Of a stretch of DNA of 64,000 nucleotides, positions 56,154 through 64,000 are shown one piece after another. The notes under the pieces were generated by a model, which was not told the origin of the DNA, searched no databases, and worked only from the letters and a program-made list of their open reading frames with translations. The stretch covers positions 612 through 64,611 of the forward strand of contig CAVZZS010000010.1 in NCBI GenBank assembly GCA_963779925.1. The letters are read 5' to 3'. The first letter of the stretch is position 1; every line of letters begins with the position of its first letter. Both the position numbers and the translations under genes were made by a program. The DNA comes from an uncultured Nanoarchaeota archaeon (GTDB taxonomy: Archaea > Nanobdellota > Nanobdellia > Pacearchaeales > GW2011-AR1).

Positions 56154-58355
56154 TCACAAGTCCATTAAGTATAGCCTTGCCATCAAATAAGAAATTGTAG
56201 ACTCCGCACCTTGATTAAGATTGATTGCATTCTCACCGAGGCCGTCAAAACAACCGCCAGTTGTGGAATCGTAGACAACCTGATTTAAGCTATTTTTCCC
56301 GATAAACCACTGAAATGTCTGTAATGCATATTTCTTGTATCTCTCATCTCTCATAATCTTGTAAGCAAGAATCAAAGACTGAATCATGTAAGATGCTTCT
56401 ATTGGCTGCTGGTCATACTCTGCTTTTTTCCCGTCCTTAAAGTACCATCCTCTCTGCCCGACCGGAACAAAGATTTCTTCATTGAATGTTTTTGACAAAA
56501 GAAAGTCCAGACTTTCCAAGCCCACATCTAGATATTCGCGCCTTCCCGTAGAGAGGTATGCATATAATAATGCTTCCGGCAATTTGCTATTGGCATAAGA
56601 CATGTATGGCTCAAACCATCTCCATGTTGGATTAGATGAGGCCTTGTAAAGGGTTATCAAATCATTTGCAAGCTTTTCTATTTGTTTTCTTATTTTCGTC
56701 GAATTTGCAACTCTGTTGTAAAAATACAGTCCTTGAAGTATAAAAGATATGGATCTTGGTGAGCCTATTTTATCTGAAGCTATAATTGCTTTTCTGATTA
56801 TTGCCTCTGCTTCTCTTTTAAAATCATCAGGAATGTGGGGTGATGAAATCATGTATCCCAAAGCCCAAATCGCTCTGCCATGCGCATCTTCGCTCCACTG
56901 ATCTCTGTTTATGCTTTTATCTTTGGCTACGAAGTTGTATAATTTGCCATCTCTCTTCTGTACATATTTTATGTAATTAAGGTAAGTCTTTATCAAATCA
57001 AGCTGCTTGAATTCTCTAAATTTCTCATAATGCTTTGTGCATACAAGGATTGCTCTTGCATTGTCGTCAAGGGTATAACCTGAATTTTCATCAGGATTAG
57101 TTTGAATTGCAAATTGTATGATTCCAAAATTGTCTGTTAATTTTATCAAATGGGACGTATCTATCTCAGGCAAGGATTCGAATTCTTTTTCCTTCAAATC
57201 AAGATATTTATTGAAAACATCGCAGTAATGCATTGCAACATTAGGCCAGGTCATGGACCTTGTGTAATAATAAGAGTTTTTTTCCATCTGTTGCCTCAAA
57301 TTAGAATTTCCCAATAGATTCAAAATTGCCTTCTCAAATTCCTTTGGTTTTCCAAATCCCACTAATATCCCCCTGTCATCACTAATCATGTCTTGTGCAT
57401 GGAGAAATGATGTAGAGACTACAGCTCGTCCGCAACCCATTGCATAAGAGAGAGTCCCAGATGTGATCTGATTCGGATTCATGCTGGAAGAGATATAGAT
57501 ATCAGTGGCTTTAAGATATTGGATTATCTCATCTAGAGTAAGATATTTATTATAGAATTTGACATTTTTTTCCAGGTTTAATTTTTTTACTTTTTCAGTC
57601 AGAAAGTTTCGATAAGCTTCTCCATGCTCTTTTCTTACTATCGGATGGGTCTCTCCAATTATTAGGTAAATTAAGTTAGGATATTTTTCTACTATCTTTG
57701 GAAGAGATTCTATAACATGCTCGTAGCCTTTTCCCGAGCTTATCATGCCAAAAGAGGATAAAATTATTTTTCCTTCATAACCAAGACGGGCTTTTTCGCT
57801 TTCTTGTCCATCAAAAGAAACCTTAGGAATGCCATGGGGAATGAGATGAATCGGCGTATTTACATGATAGACTTCTCTTAAAATCTCGACAGCCTTATTG
57901 GTCATGACAATAATCTCTTCAACCTTTTCTGAGATTGCCTTGACAACCTTTCTCAATTGAGGATCGGGATCTGGCATGACTGAGTGAAATGTGATTATTA
58001 CCGGCTTGTTGACGATTTCAAGGAATGCAAGCAAATAATCTCCCCACTCGCCCCTGAAGATTCCAAACTCATGCTGTATATTGACAAGTTTTATCCTCGG
58101 AGAATCATTTATCTGCTTCGCAGCTTCAATATAATCGTTCATGTCTGTATCGCTTATCTGATAAATAACTTCCGGCGGATAATTGTAGATGTTGACGCCA
58201 TTGCTGTTCATAGCTATGACGCCGGCTTTAGAATTTTTTGGAAGCCTCTCGTTTATCGACGCAACTATGTCTTTAGTAAACGTTGCAATGCCGCACTCTC
58301 TTGGAGGATAAGTCGCAAGAAAAACTATATCAGACTCGTTAAAGCTTCGCTTCAT
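56154..58355 (-). CDS. two-domain protein: N-terminal GT4 glycosyltransferase plus a C-terminal alpha-helical toroid-like domain
   Basis: FLATYPPRECGIATFTKD and GCGRAVVST blocks in the first 390 aa or so. The remaining 340 aa or so are helical and W/Y-rich. Confidence 0.7.
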   Translation of the reverse strand: MKRSFNESDIVFLATYPPRECGIATFTKDIVASINERLPKNSKAGVIAMNSNGVNIYNYPPEVIYQISDTDMNDYIEAAKQINDSPRIKLVNIQHEFGIFRGEWGDYLLAFLEIVNKPVIITFHSVMPDPDPQLRKVVKAISEKVEEIIVMTNKAVEILREVYHVNTPIHLIPHGIPKVSFDGQESEKARLGYEGKIILSSFGMISSGKGYEHVIESLPKIVEKYPNLIYLIIGETHPIVRKEHGEAYRNFLTEKVKKLNLEKNVKFYNKYLTLDEIIQYLKATDIYISSSMNPNQITSGTLSYAMGCGRAVVSTSFLHAQDMISDDRGILVGFGKPKEFEKAILNLLGNSNLRQQMEKNSYYYTRSMTWPNVAMHYCDVFNKYLDLKEKEFESLPEIDTSHLIKLTDNFGIIQFAIQTNPDENSGYTLDDNARAILVCTKHYEKFREFKQLDLIKTYLNYIKYVQKRDGKLYNFVAKDKSINRDQWSEDAHGRAIWALGYMISSPHIPDDFKREAEAIIRKAIIASDKIGSPRSISFILQGLYFYNRVANSTKIRKQIEKLANDLITLYKASSNPTWRWFEPYMSYANSKLPEALLYAYLSTGRREYLDVGLESLDFLLSKTFNEEIFVPVGQRGWYFKDGKKAEYDQQPIEASYMIQSLILAYKIMRDERYKKYALQTFQWFIGKNSLNQVVYDSTTGGCFDGLGENAINLNQGAESTISYLMARLYLMDL

Positions 58356-58431
58356 GTTCGCCTCTTTGAATAGAATAGCAATCTGCAGCTTTTAAAGATT
58401 TTGTTTCACAGCGATTTTGTAATCTGCGCAC

Positions 58432-59040
58432 TCAGTGAGAGCTCAAGAAATATTCATTGACAGCTTTCCAGTTGATAACATTAAAAAAATTGTCAACGTA
58501 TTCGTCTCTCTTGTTTTGATACTTCAAATAATAAGCGTGCTCCCATACATCGACGCACAAAAGAGGGATTTTCCCATTGGTGATAGGGTTATCTTGATTT
58601 GACGTGCTGACAATTTCGAGCTTTCTGTTAGTGGGATTTAGAACAAGCCATGCCCATCCGCTTCCGAATTGTCCTAGAGCTGCTTTCTTGAATTGTTCTT
58701 GAAATTGTTCGAAGCTTCCGAAATTTTTTTTGATTGCAGTCAAAATTTCTCCAGTCGGCTTGACATTTTTTTTCAAAATCATCCAGAAAATGCTGTGATT
58801 CAGGTGTCCGCCGCCATGATTTCTAATGGCGGTCCTTATTTCTTCTGAAACTGAATTCAGATTCTTTATTAAATCGTAAATTGGTTTGTCCTGCAGTTCT
58901 TCATGCCCTTCGAGAGCCTCATTTAATTTCTTGACGTAAGTCGCATGGTGTTTATCATGATGAATCCGCATGGTTCTTTCATCTATATAAGGCTCGAGAG
59001 AGTCATAAGCATACCCAAGTTCTGGCAATTCATAAACCAT
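58432..59040 (-). CDS. sod: Fe/Mn superoxide dismutase
   Basis: [41 protein letters not shown] at 59040. Confidence 0.95.
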   Translation of the reverse strand: MVYELPELGYAYDSLEPYIDERTMRIHHDKHHATYVKKLNEALEGHEELQDKPIYDLIKNLNSVSEEIRTAIRNHGGGHLNHSIFWMILKKNVKPTGEILTAIKKNFGSFEQFQEQFKKAALGQFGSGWAWLVLNPTNRKLEIVSTSNQDNPITNGKIPLLCVDVWEHAYYLKYQNKRDEYVDNFFNVINWKAVNEYFLSSH

Positions 59041-59085
59041 TATTAACAATAGTGAATCTTTTTTAAAAACTTTTTGGATATAGTA

Positions 59086-59355
59086 TCACAAATCAAATTC
59101 TTCGATAAATTCTATAATAGATTTATATCTGTCCAAGAATTTGTAACCCTTATCAGTTAAAGTGATAAATTTTTCATCATTATGGGTTGTTTCTTTTATG
59201 AATCCCCCAGCAATCAACTCATTATAATAGTCCTTGAATCTAGAAGAAGACATTCGCGATTTTCTCAATAATATCGTTGGCTTTATTGCATTTCTATTTT
59301 CTTGGATAACCCTTAGTGTATCTTTTAAGATTTCTAATTTCTCTCTTTTGGCCAT
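59086..59355 (-). CDS. winged-helix DNA-binding protein (COG3432-like)
   Basis: REKLEILKDTL ... KPTILLRKSRMSSSRFKDYYNELIAGGFI ... LTDKGYKFL. Confidence 0.6.
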   Translation of the reverse strand: MAKREKLEILKDTLRVIQENRNAIKPTILLRKSRMSSSRFKDYYNELIAGGFIKETTHNDEKFITLTDKGYKFLDRYKSIIEFIEEFDL

Positions 59356-60033
59356 TTAATCACCAGATTTTTTGAGAACTTTATAAAGAATCACCAAAAA
59401 TATTCCCAAAGACATAAGATAAATAATGAGCTTAAGAGATTCCAAAAAGATAGGAACCAAGATGTTGAAAACATTTAATATGAAGAATATAAACAAAAGG
59501 AGGTAAGTCATCAGCAAATTATTTTTCTTTTTCAGTTTATGCTTTTGATTATATGAAGCTATGCCGACCATTATGATAGCAGAAACGAGAAGTAGAATAT
59601 TTATACCGATATAAAATATTTCATTTCTAAAGAAAATACTTGCAAAGGCGATTATAATTGCGATAGCATGACAGATGTAAGGCATTTTAGATCTGTCTTT
59701 AAATTTCTTCCAAGACATACTATAAACAAGATAGAAAATAGAAAGCGAACTTAGATACATGAAGACAAAGAGCGCAAAATAATCAAATATCATCGGATAG
59801 ATTCCTAGTACTTGCGAATTAAAAGAGATTGTTATGAATTCAATAATAAACCTAAAGAGGTATGCAATAGCAAAAAATAAGAATGCCTGACGAAAATATT
59901 TTATTCCCTTGTAAGAGCTTAGTTCATATAACTCCTTAGTTCCAAAATAGATCATAAGGCTGCAGACTATAACAACAAAAGAGTAAATTATTTCAGCTCC
60001 AATTCCTAAATTTATGGGGGGTAATGGTGGCAT
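59356..60033 (-). CDS. polytopic membrane protein
   Basis: 225 aa with about seven hydrophobic segments. Its stop abuts the wHTH gene start. Confidence 0.5.
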   Translation of the reverse strand: MPPLPPINLGIGAEIIYSFVVIVCSLMIYFGTKELYELSSYKGIKYFRQAFLFFAIAYLFRFIIEFITISFNSQVLGIYPMIFDYFALFVFMYLSSLSIFYLVYSMSWKKFKDRSKMPYICHAIAIIIAFASIFFRNEIFYIGINILLLVSAIIMVGIASYNQKHKLKKKNNLLMTYLLLFIFFILNVFNILVPIFLESLKLIIYLMSLGIFLVILYKVLKKSGD

Positions 60034-60126
60034 TTTATTCTATAGAAACGGGAATATTTAAAGATTTATAACGAAGATGGACTTAAGGTCCACTTTATTT
60101 AAAAGCAAAATGCTAATAGTTTATTT

Positions 60127-60417
60127 ATGCCTAGCAAAAATAGAAATAAAGTAATTAAGAAGAATGCAAAAAGAATGTGGATTACTGGTTTAATAGTATT
60201 AGCAGTAATTTCTGCAGGTATTACTGTTTACCTTATTTATTCACATAATCATCAACCAACAAACTCAGGGCCAAACCCCGGGCAATTCCGAGGAAATCAT
60301 AGGAATTTTACATTCTGGGGCAATAATTCTACAGGGCAAATGCCAAGATTTAATGGGAATTACACAGGACAACCTCCCAAATTCAATAATAATTATACCG
60401 GAGCAGTACCACAATGA
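60127..60417 (+). CDS. small TM protein with tandem N-x-(S/Y)-T-G-x-x-P-x-F-N repeats
   Basis: One TM, then NNSTGQMPRFN / GNYTGQPPKFN / NNYTGAVPQ. The stop overlaps the ABC ATPase start. Confidence 0.45.
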   Translation: MPSKNRNKVIKKNAKRMWITGLIVLAVISAGITVYLIYSHNHQPTNSGPNPGQFRGNHRNFTFWGNNSTGQMPRFNGNYTGQPPKFNNNYTGAVPQ

Positions 60418-61124
60418 ATTCGGTAATAAGAATGGATGATGTTTGGAAAAGATACCAAATGGGAAAAACTATTGGGCTGACCGTACTTAAAGAAATAGAT
60501 ATCTGCATAAACAAAGGAGAGTTTGTTGCAATTAATGGACCAAGTGGTTCTGGAAAGTCTACAATGGTAAATCTGATTGGAGCTCTTGATAGACCATCCT
60601 GGGGCACAATTTATCTCAATGAAAAGAATATAGCAGAGATGAGCGAATCATCTTTAGCTTTTCTCAGAGGAAAAACAATCGGATTTATTTTCCAGCAGTT
60701 TAACTTAATACATGATTTAACAGCACTTCAAAATGTTATGCTTCCAATGGAAATTGTTAACGTACCAGAAAAAGAAGCAGAAAAAAAAGCAATAGAGCTT
60801 CTTACAAAACTTGGACTTGGAGAGAGGTTAAATCACAAGCCAACAGAATTATCAGGAGGTCAGCAGCAAAGAGTTGCGATTGCAAGAGCTCTCGCAAATG
60901 ATCCGGAAGTTATTCTCGCCGATGAACCTACCGGGAATCTCGACAGCCAAACAGGAGAATTCATAATGAGATTTTTAGAAGACTTAAATGAAAAAAGTGG
61001 TAAGACAATTATACTTGTAACACATGATCTTGATTTAATGCGTCATGCAAAAAAAGTAATACACATAAAAGATGGTCGAATTGAAAAGCAAATTGAAAAT
61101 AAAAAGAGGATAAGGACAAAATGA
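60414..61124 (+). CDS. ABC transporter ATP-binding protein (MacB/LolD/FtsE type)
   Basis: GPSGSGKST, FIFQQFNL, LSGGQQQRVAIARAL, ILADEPTGNLD. Confidence 0.92.
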   Translation: MNSVIRMDDVWKRYQMGKTIGLTVLKEIDICINKGEFVAINGPSGSGKSTMVNLIGALDRPSWGTIYLNEKNIAEMSESSLAFLRGKTIGFIFQQFNLIHDLTALQNVMLPMEIVNVPEKEAEKKAIELLTKLGLGERLNHKPTELSGGQQQRVAIARALANDPEVILADEPTGNLDSQTGEFIMRFLEDLNEKSGKTIILVTHDLDLMRHAKKVIHIKDGRIEKQIENKKRIRTK

Positions 61125-62227
61125 AAAAAATATTCTTCTTGTTTATCTTTATTTCACTAGCATTACTATGCCTAGTTTCTGCGCAGACTTCGACTACAGT
61201 TAATTACACGACTTCAAGTAATCAGGGATTAGTCGTAACCCAGCTTAAATATTCGCCATATCCTGCAAATCCTGGAGAGTATATCGATCTTTGGATTGAA
61301 GCACAAGTAGTCGGAACTATTACCCCTTCAAATGCGACATTTATGTTAAGTCCCCAGTATCCCTTCTCATTGGATTATAGTGATTCGGGAGTAAGAAGTT
61401 TTGGGCAACTAGGTACAACACCAGTCGTTATGCATTTCAAGGTAAAAATTGATCAGAATGCAACTCAAGGAGACAATGAACTGGATTTGTATTATAGCAC
61501 AAGCGGATCAAGTTCTGTTAATAATGTATGGACTTTGCAGCCATTTAATATCTCGGTCGCAAATTCACAAACCGATTTTGATTTAGTAGTTCAGGATTAT
61601 ACATCTTCTGCAACATCAATAGCAATTGCAAATACCGGAGAGAATACTGCAAACTCTTTGATTGTAAGAATACCTACTCAATCAAATTTCAAGGTTTCTG
61701 GAGCTACAGGGCAAATTGTTGGAAATTTAAATTCTGGTGATTATACTATAGCAACTTTTGATTTAACTGCTGCAACAAGAAACAATAATGGAACATTAGC
61801 AATTGAATTGGATTATACTGATGCAATCGGGGTAAGAAGAACAATAATAAAAGATATTTCTCTCTCCAGTTTCTTGTCTAATTCTTCATATCCAATTTCT
61901 GGTCTAGACACACTCGGCAGTGGTTCAGGGAATAATAGCTCTGGAGGAAGTTTTCCAACTGGCTTTCAGGGCGGCAATTTTCCAGGGGGGTACAGAAGGA
62001 CAACTACAAGTATATTTAGCAATGGGTGGTTCTGGGGGGCAGTCGGATCAGTTTTAGTAATGATTGGAGGAGTTTTATTTTTTAGATTCAAAAAGAAAAA
62101 ACATGATCATAAAAATCTGGAACATTCAAAAAAGATTATTGATGATCTTAAAATAAAAAAATCAGAAAAAGAGAATTCTAAAAAGATACCTGACTGGGTA
62201 TTAGAAGAGAGTAATAAGAAGAGATAG
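61121..62227 (+). CDS. exported S-layer-domain-like (COG1361-type) protein with a C-terminal TM
   Basis: Signal peptide, two beta-sandwich-like halves (YSPYPANPGEYIDLWIE ...), and a G-rich linker followed by a TM and K-rich tail. Confidence 0.55.
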   Translation: MKKIFFLFIFISLALLCLVSAQTSTTVNYTTSSNQGLVVTQLKYSPYPANPGEYIDLWIEAQVVGTITPSNATFMLSPQYPFSLDYSDSGVRSFGQLGTTPVVMHFKVKIDQNATQGDNELDLYYSTSGSSSVNNVWTLQPFNISVANSQTDFDLVVQDYTSSATSIAIANTGENTANSLIVRIPTQSNFKVSGATGQIVGNLNSGDYTIATFDLTAATRNNNGTLAIELDYTDAIGVRRTIIKDISLSSFLSNSSYPISGLDTLGSGSGNNSSGGSFPTGFQGGNFPGGYRRTTTSIFSNGWFWGAVGSVLVMIGGVLFFRFKKKKHDHKNLEHSKKIIDDLKIKKSEKENSKKIPDWVLEESNKKR

Positions 62228-62231
62228 TAAA

Positions 62232-63512
62232 ATGAGACTTAAAAAAGCCGTCTCACTTGCGTGGAACACTTTAATCCACAGCAAACTGAGAAGCTGGTTA
62301 ACGATAATAGGAATTGTTATAGGAATAGGTGCCGTCGTGTCAATTATTTCTGTAAGTCAAGGCGCAAAAATGTCTTTGCAAAATCAACTTGGTAGTCTCG
62401 GAGCGGATATATTAAGTGTAAGCTCCGGAGCTTCAAGAGCCGCAGGTCCTGAATCACAATTTTTTGGAGGTGGCGGAGGCGGAGGAGGGACGGTGGGAGG
62501 ATATAATCTAAAGACTACATCAACTTCCAAAAACCTAACGCAAAAAGATGTATCCATAATTAAGACTATTCCAAATGTAGAGTATGTAATGGGATCTTTG
62601 TCTGGGCGATCTAGTGTAAGTTATCTAAGCAAAACTGCAACGATAAGTATTGAAGGAGTTGATCCGTCTATTTGGAGCAATTTCATAACAACAAAATTAT
62701 CTGATGGAAGGTATTTGACTTCAAGCGATTCAAACTCGGTAGTAGTAGGGTATAATGTAGCAAATTCCATATTTACTGGATTATCCTTGAACCAGAAGAT
62801 TTCAATTAATGGAACAGTCTTTAATGTAATTGGTATATTAAAGAGCAGTGGAGGGCAAACGGATTCCCAGATTTTTATGCCTTTAACAATGGCAAGACCA
62901 ATAGTAGACACTATTGGAAGCACGGATTTTGGATCAATTGAAGTGAAAATTTCTAGTACTGATTTAACTAATCAAACAATTAACAATATAACGAGTGTAC
63001 TGATGATGGAAAGAGGAATTCTTCAGACAAGCAAAGTAGATTTCTCGGTAACTTCTCCTACAGCAATTCAAGCAACAATATCTTCCTCTCTTAACTCTAT
63101 ATCAATATTTCTTGCGGCAATAGCTGCAATTTCTTTATTGGTTGGGGCAATTGGAGTTTCCAATACAATGTTCACATCTGTACTTGAAAAAACAAAAGAA
63201 ATTGGAATAATGAAAGCGATAGGAGCCAAAAATAGAGATATCTTAATGATATTCTTGTTTAAATCAGGGATGCTTGGCTTAGTAGGAGGAATTGGGGGAG
63301 TATTAGTCGGTATTATTGGATCACTTGTAATCGGGCAAATGGGGGGAATCTCAATTGGACTTGGAAGAGGGGGAGTCTTCTCTTCATACTTAAGTCCAGG
63401 ATTGTTAATTGGTGCGTTCATCGCATCGATATTAATAGGAATGATTGCCGGCGCTATTCCCGCATATAGGGCTTCAAAATTGAGCCCGATTGAAGCATTA
63501 AGGTATGAATGA
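62232..63512 (+). CDS. ABC transporter permease, MacB/FtsX family
   Basis: N-terminal TM, large extracytoplasmic domain, and a C-terminal FtsX 3-TM bundle (GIMKAIGAKNRDIL). Confidence 0.88.
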   Translation: MRLKKAVSLAWNTLIHSKLRSWLTIIGIVIGIGAVVSIISVSQGAKMSLQNQLGSLGADILSVSSGASRAAGPESQFFGGGGGGGGTVGGYNLKTTSTSKNLTQKDVSIIKTIPNVEYVMGSLSGRSSVSYLSKTATISIEGVDPSIWSNFITTKLSDGRYLTSSDSNSVVVGYNVANSIFTGLSLNQKISINGTVFNVIGILKSSGGQTDSQIFMPLTMARPIVDTIGSTDFGSIEVKISSTDLTNQTINNITSVLMMERGILQTSKVDFSVTSPTAIQATISSSLNSISIFLAAIAAISLLVGAIGVSNTMFTSVLEKTKEIGIMKAIGAKNRDILMIFLFKSGMLGLVGGIGGVLVGIIGSLVIGQMGGISIGLGRGGVFSSYLSPGLLIGAFIASILIGMIAGAIPAYRASKLSPIEALRYE

Positions 63513-63548
63513 TGAAGAATTTTTAAATGCTAAAAGGTTTTTATCTGA

Positions 63549-64000
63549 ATGACAGAAATCATAAAACTTGAGGGGGTCTGGAAGATTTATAATGAGGGCG
63601 AAGAAAATCAGGTAATAGCTCTGAAAGATATCAATCTTCATGTCAAGAAAGGAGATTTTATCGCAGTAATGGGCCCGAGCGGAAGCGGAAAAAGCACCGC
63701 TATGAATCTTGTAGGAAGCCTTGATATCCCCACAAGAGGAAAAATTTTCCTTGATCTGCATAATATTTCTCATCTAAGCGAATCAGATCTGGCCCAGGTC
63801 CGAGGTCGGAGAATTGGATTTATATTCCAGCAGTTTAATCTGATTCCAAATTTGACCGCAAAAGAAAATGTAATGCTCCCCATGATGTTTCAGGGAGTTG
63901 ATGAATTAAAAAGAGAAAGAAAAGCTGAAATATTATTGAATATGATTGAGCTTGGAAACAGGATGGACCACTATCCTTCAGAATTATCAGGAGGTCAGCA
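63549..64000 (+). CDS. second MacB-type ABC ATP-binding protein (5' partial; runs off the window)
   Basis: My own translation: MTEIIKLEGVWKIYNEG ... GPSGSGKSTAMNL ... FIFQQFNLIPNLTAKENV ... ELSGGQ. It is absent from the ORF track because there is no stop within the window. Confidence 0.9.
   Translation, partial: MTEIIKLEGVWKIYNEGEENQVIALKDINLHVKKGDFIAVMGPSGSGKSTAMNLVGSLDIPTRGKIFLDLHNISHLSESDLAQVRGRRIGFIFQQFNLIPNLTAKENVMLPMMFQGVDELKRERKAEILLNMIELGNRMDHYPSELSGGQ

Noticed and set aside
63498-63773. 91 aa minus-strand ORF at the right edge
   Set aside because: It is antisense to an obvious MacB-type ABC ATPase (Walker A, Q-loop, signature motif) that is missing from the track only because it has no stop inside the window.

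Overview
AT-rich, very gene-dense segment: roughly 85 genes in 64 kb, short spacers, and many 1-4 nt start/stop overlaps. It is from an archaeon, most likely a small-genome DPANN-type lineage. The informational genes are archaeal/eukaryal type: aIF2-gamma, aIF5B, ribosomal proteins S6e, S28e, L24e, L7Ae and uS10, and Kae1. Housekeeping genes are interleaved: serS, thyA, tmk, a gyrB-nudix-Zn ribbon-gyrA operon, sufB-sufU-sufC, Fe/Mn SOD, cyclophilin and a YchF-type GTPase. There is one tRNA-Ser(GGA). Other content includes many exported or membrane-anchored surface proteins (HYR, DUF5011-like, alpha/alpha-toroid repeats, a metzincin protease), a glycan-metabolism cluster (nagB, PIG-L deacetylase, two GT4, GH130, GDE_C-like), and ABC-2 and tandem MacB/FtsX-type ABC transporters. 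Extracytoplasmic redox genes are also present: cupredoxin, thioredoxin+CcdA, a NOX/ferric-reductase-like protein and a decayed DsbA-like gene. I recognised no rRNA, CRISPR array, integrase or transposase. Most notable observations: (1) Bacterial-type genes are embedded between archaeal core genes. These are a complete sigma-70 family factor and three Sec-signal-bearing outer-membrane-like beta-barrel proteins, one fused to a Cys/His transglutaminase-like domain. (2) A (CT)6 dinucleotide tract sits inside the signal-peptide codons of the largest surface protein and puts its ATG out of frame, so it resembles a slipped-strand phase switch. (3) Three adjacent surface proteins share a conserved C-terminal sorting-like module. 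(4) Reading-frame disruptions are unusually dense, including one in gyrA five codons before the catalytic tyrosine and at least five in the DsbA-like gene. These need read-level verification. (5) A visibly GC-richer, foreign-looking module lies at the left edge, encoding an HExxH peptidase, a metallophosphoesterase, an unknown protein and an Hjc-like nuclease. All functional calls rest on motif recognition by eye; no database search was possible.
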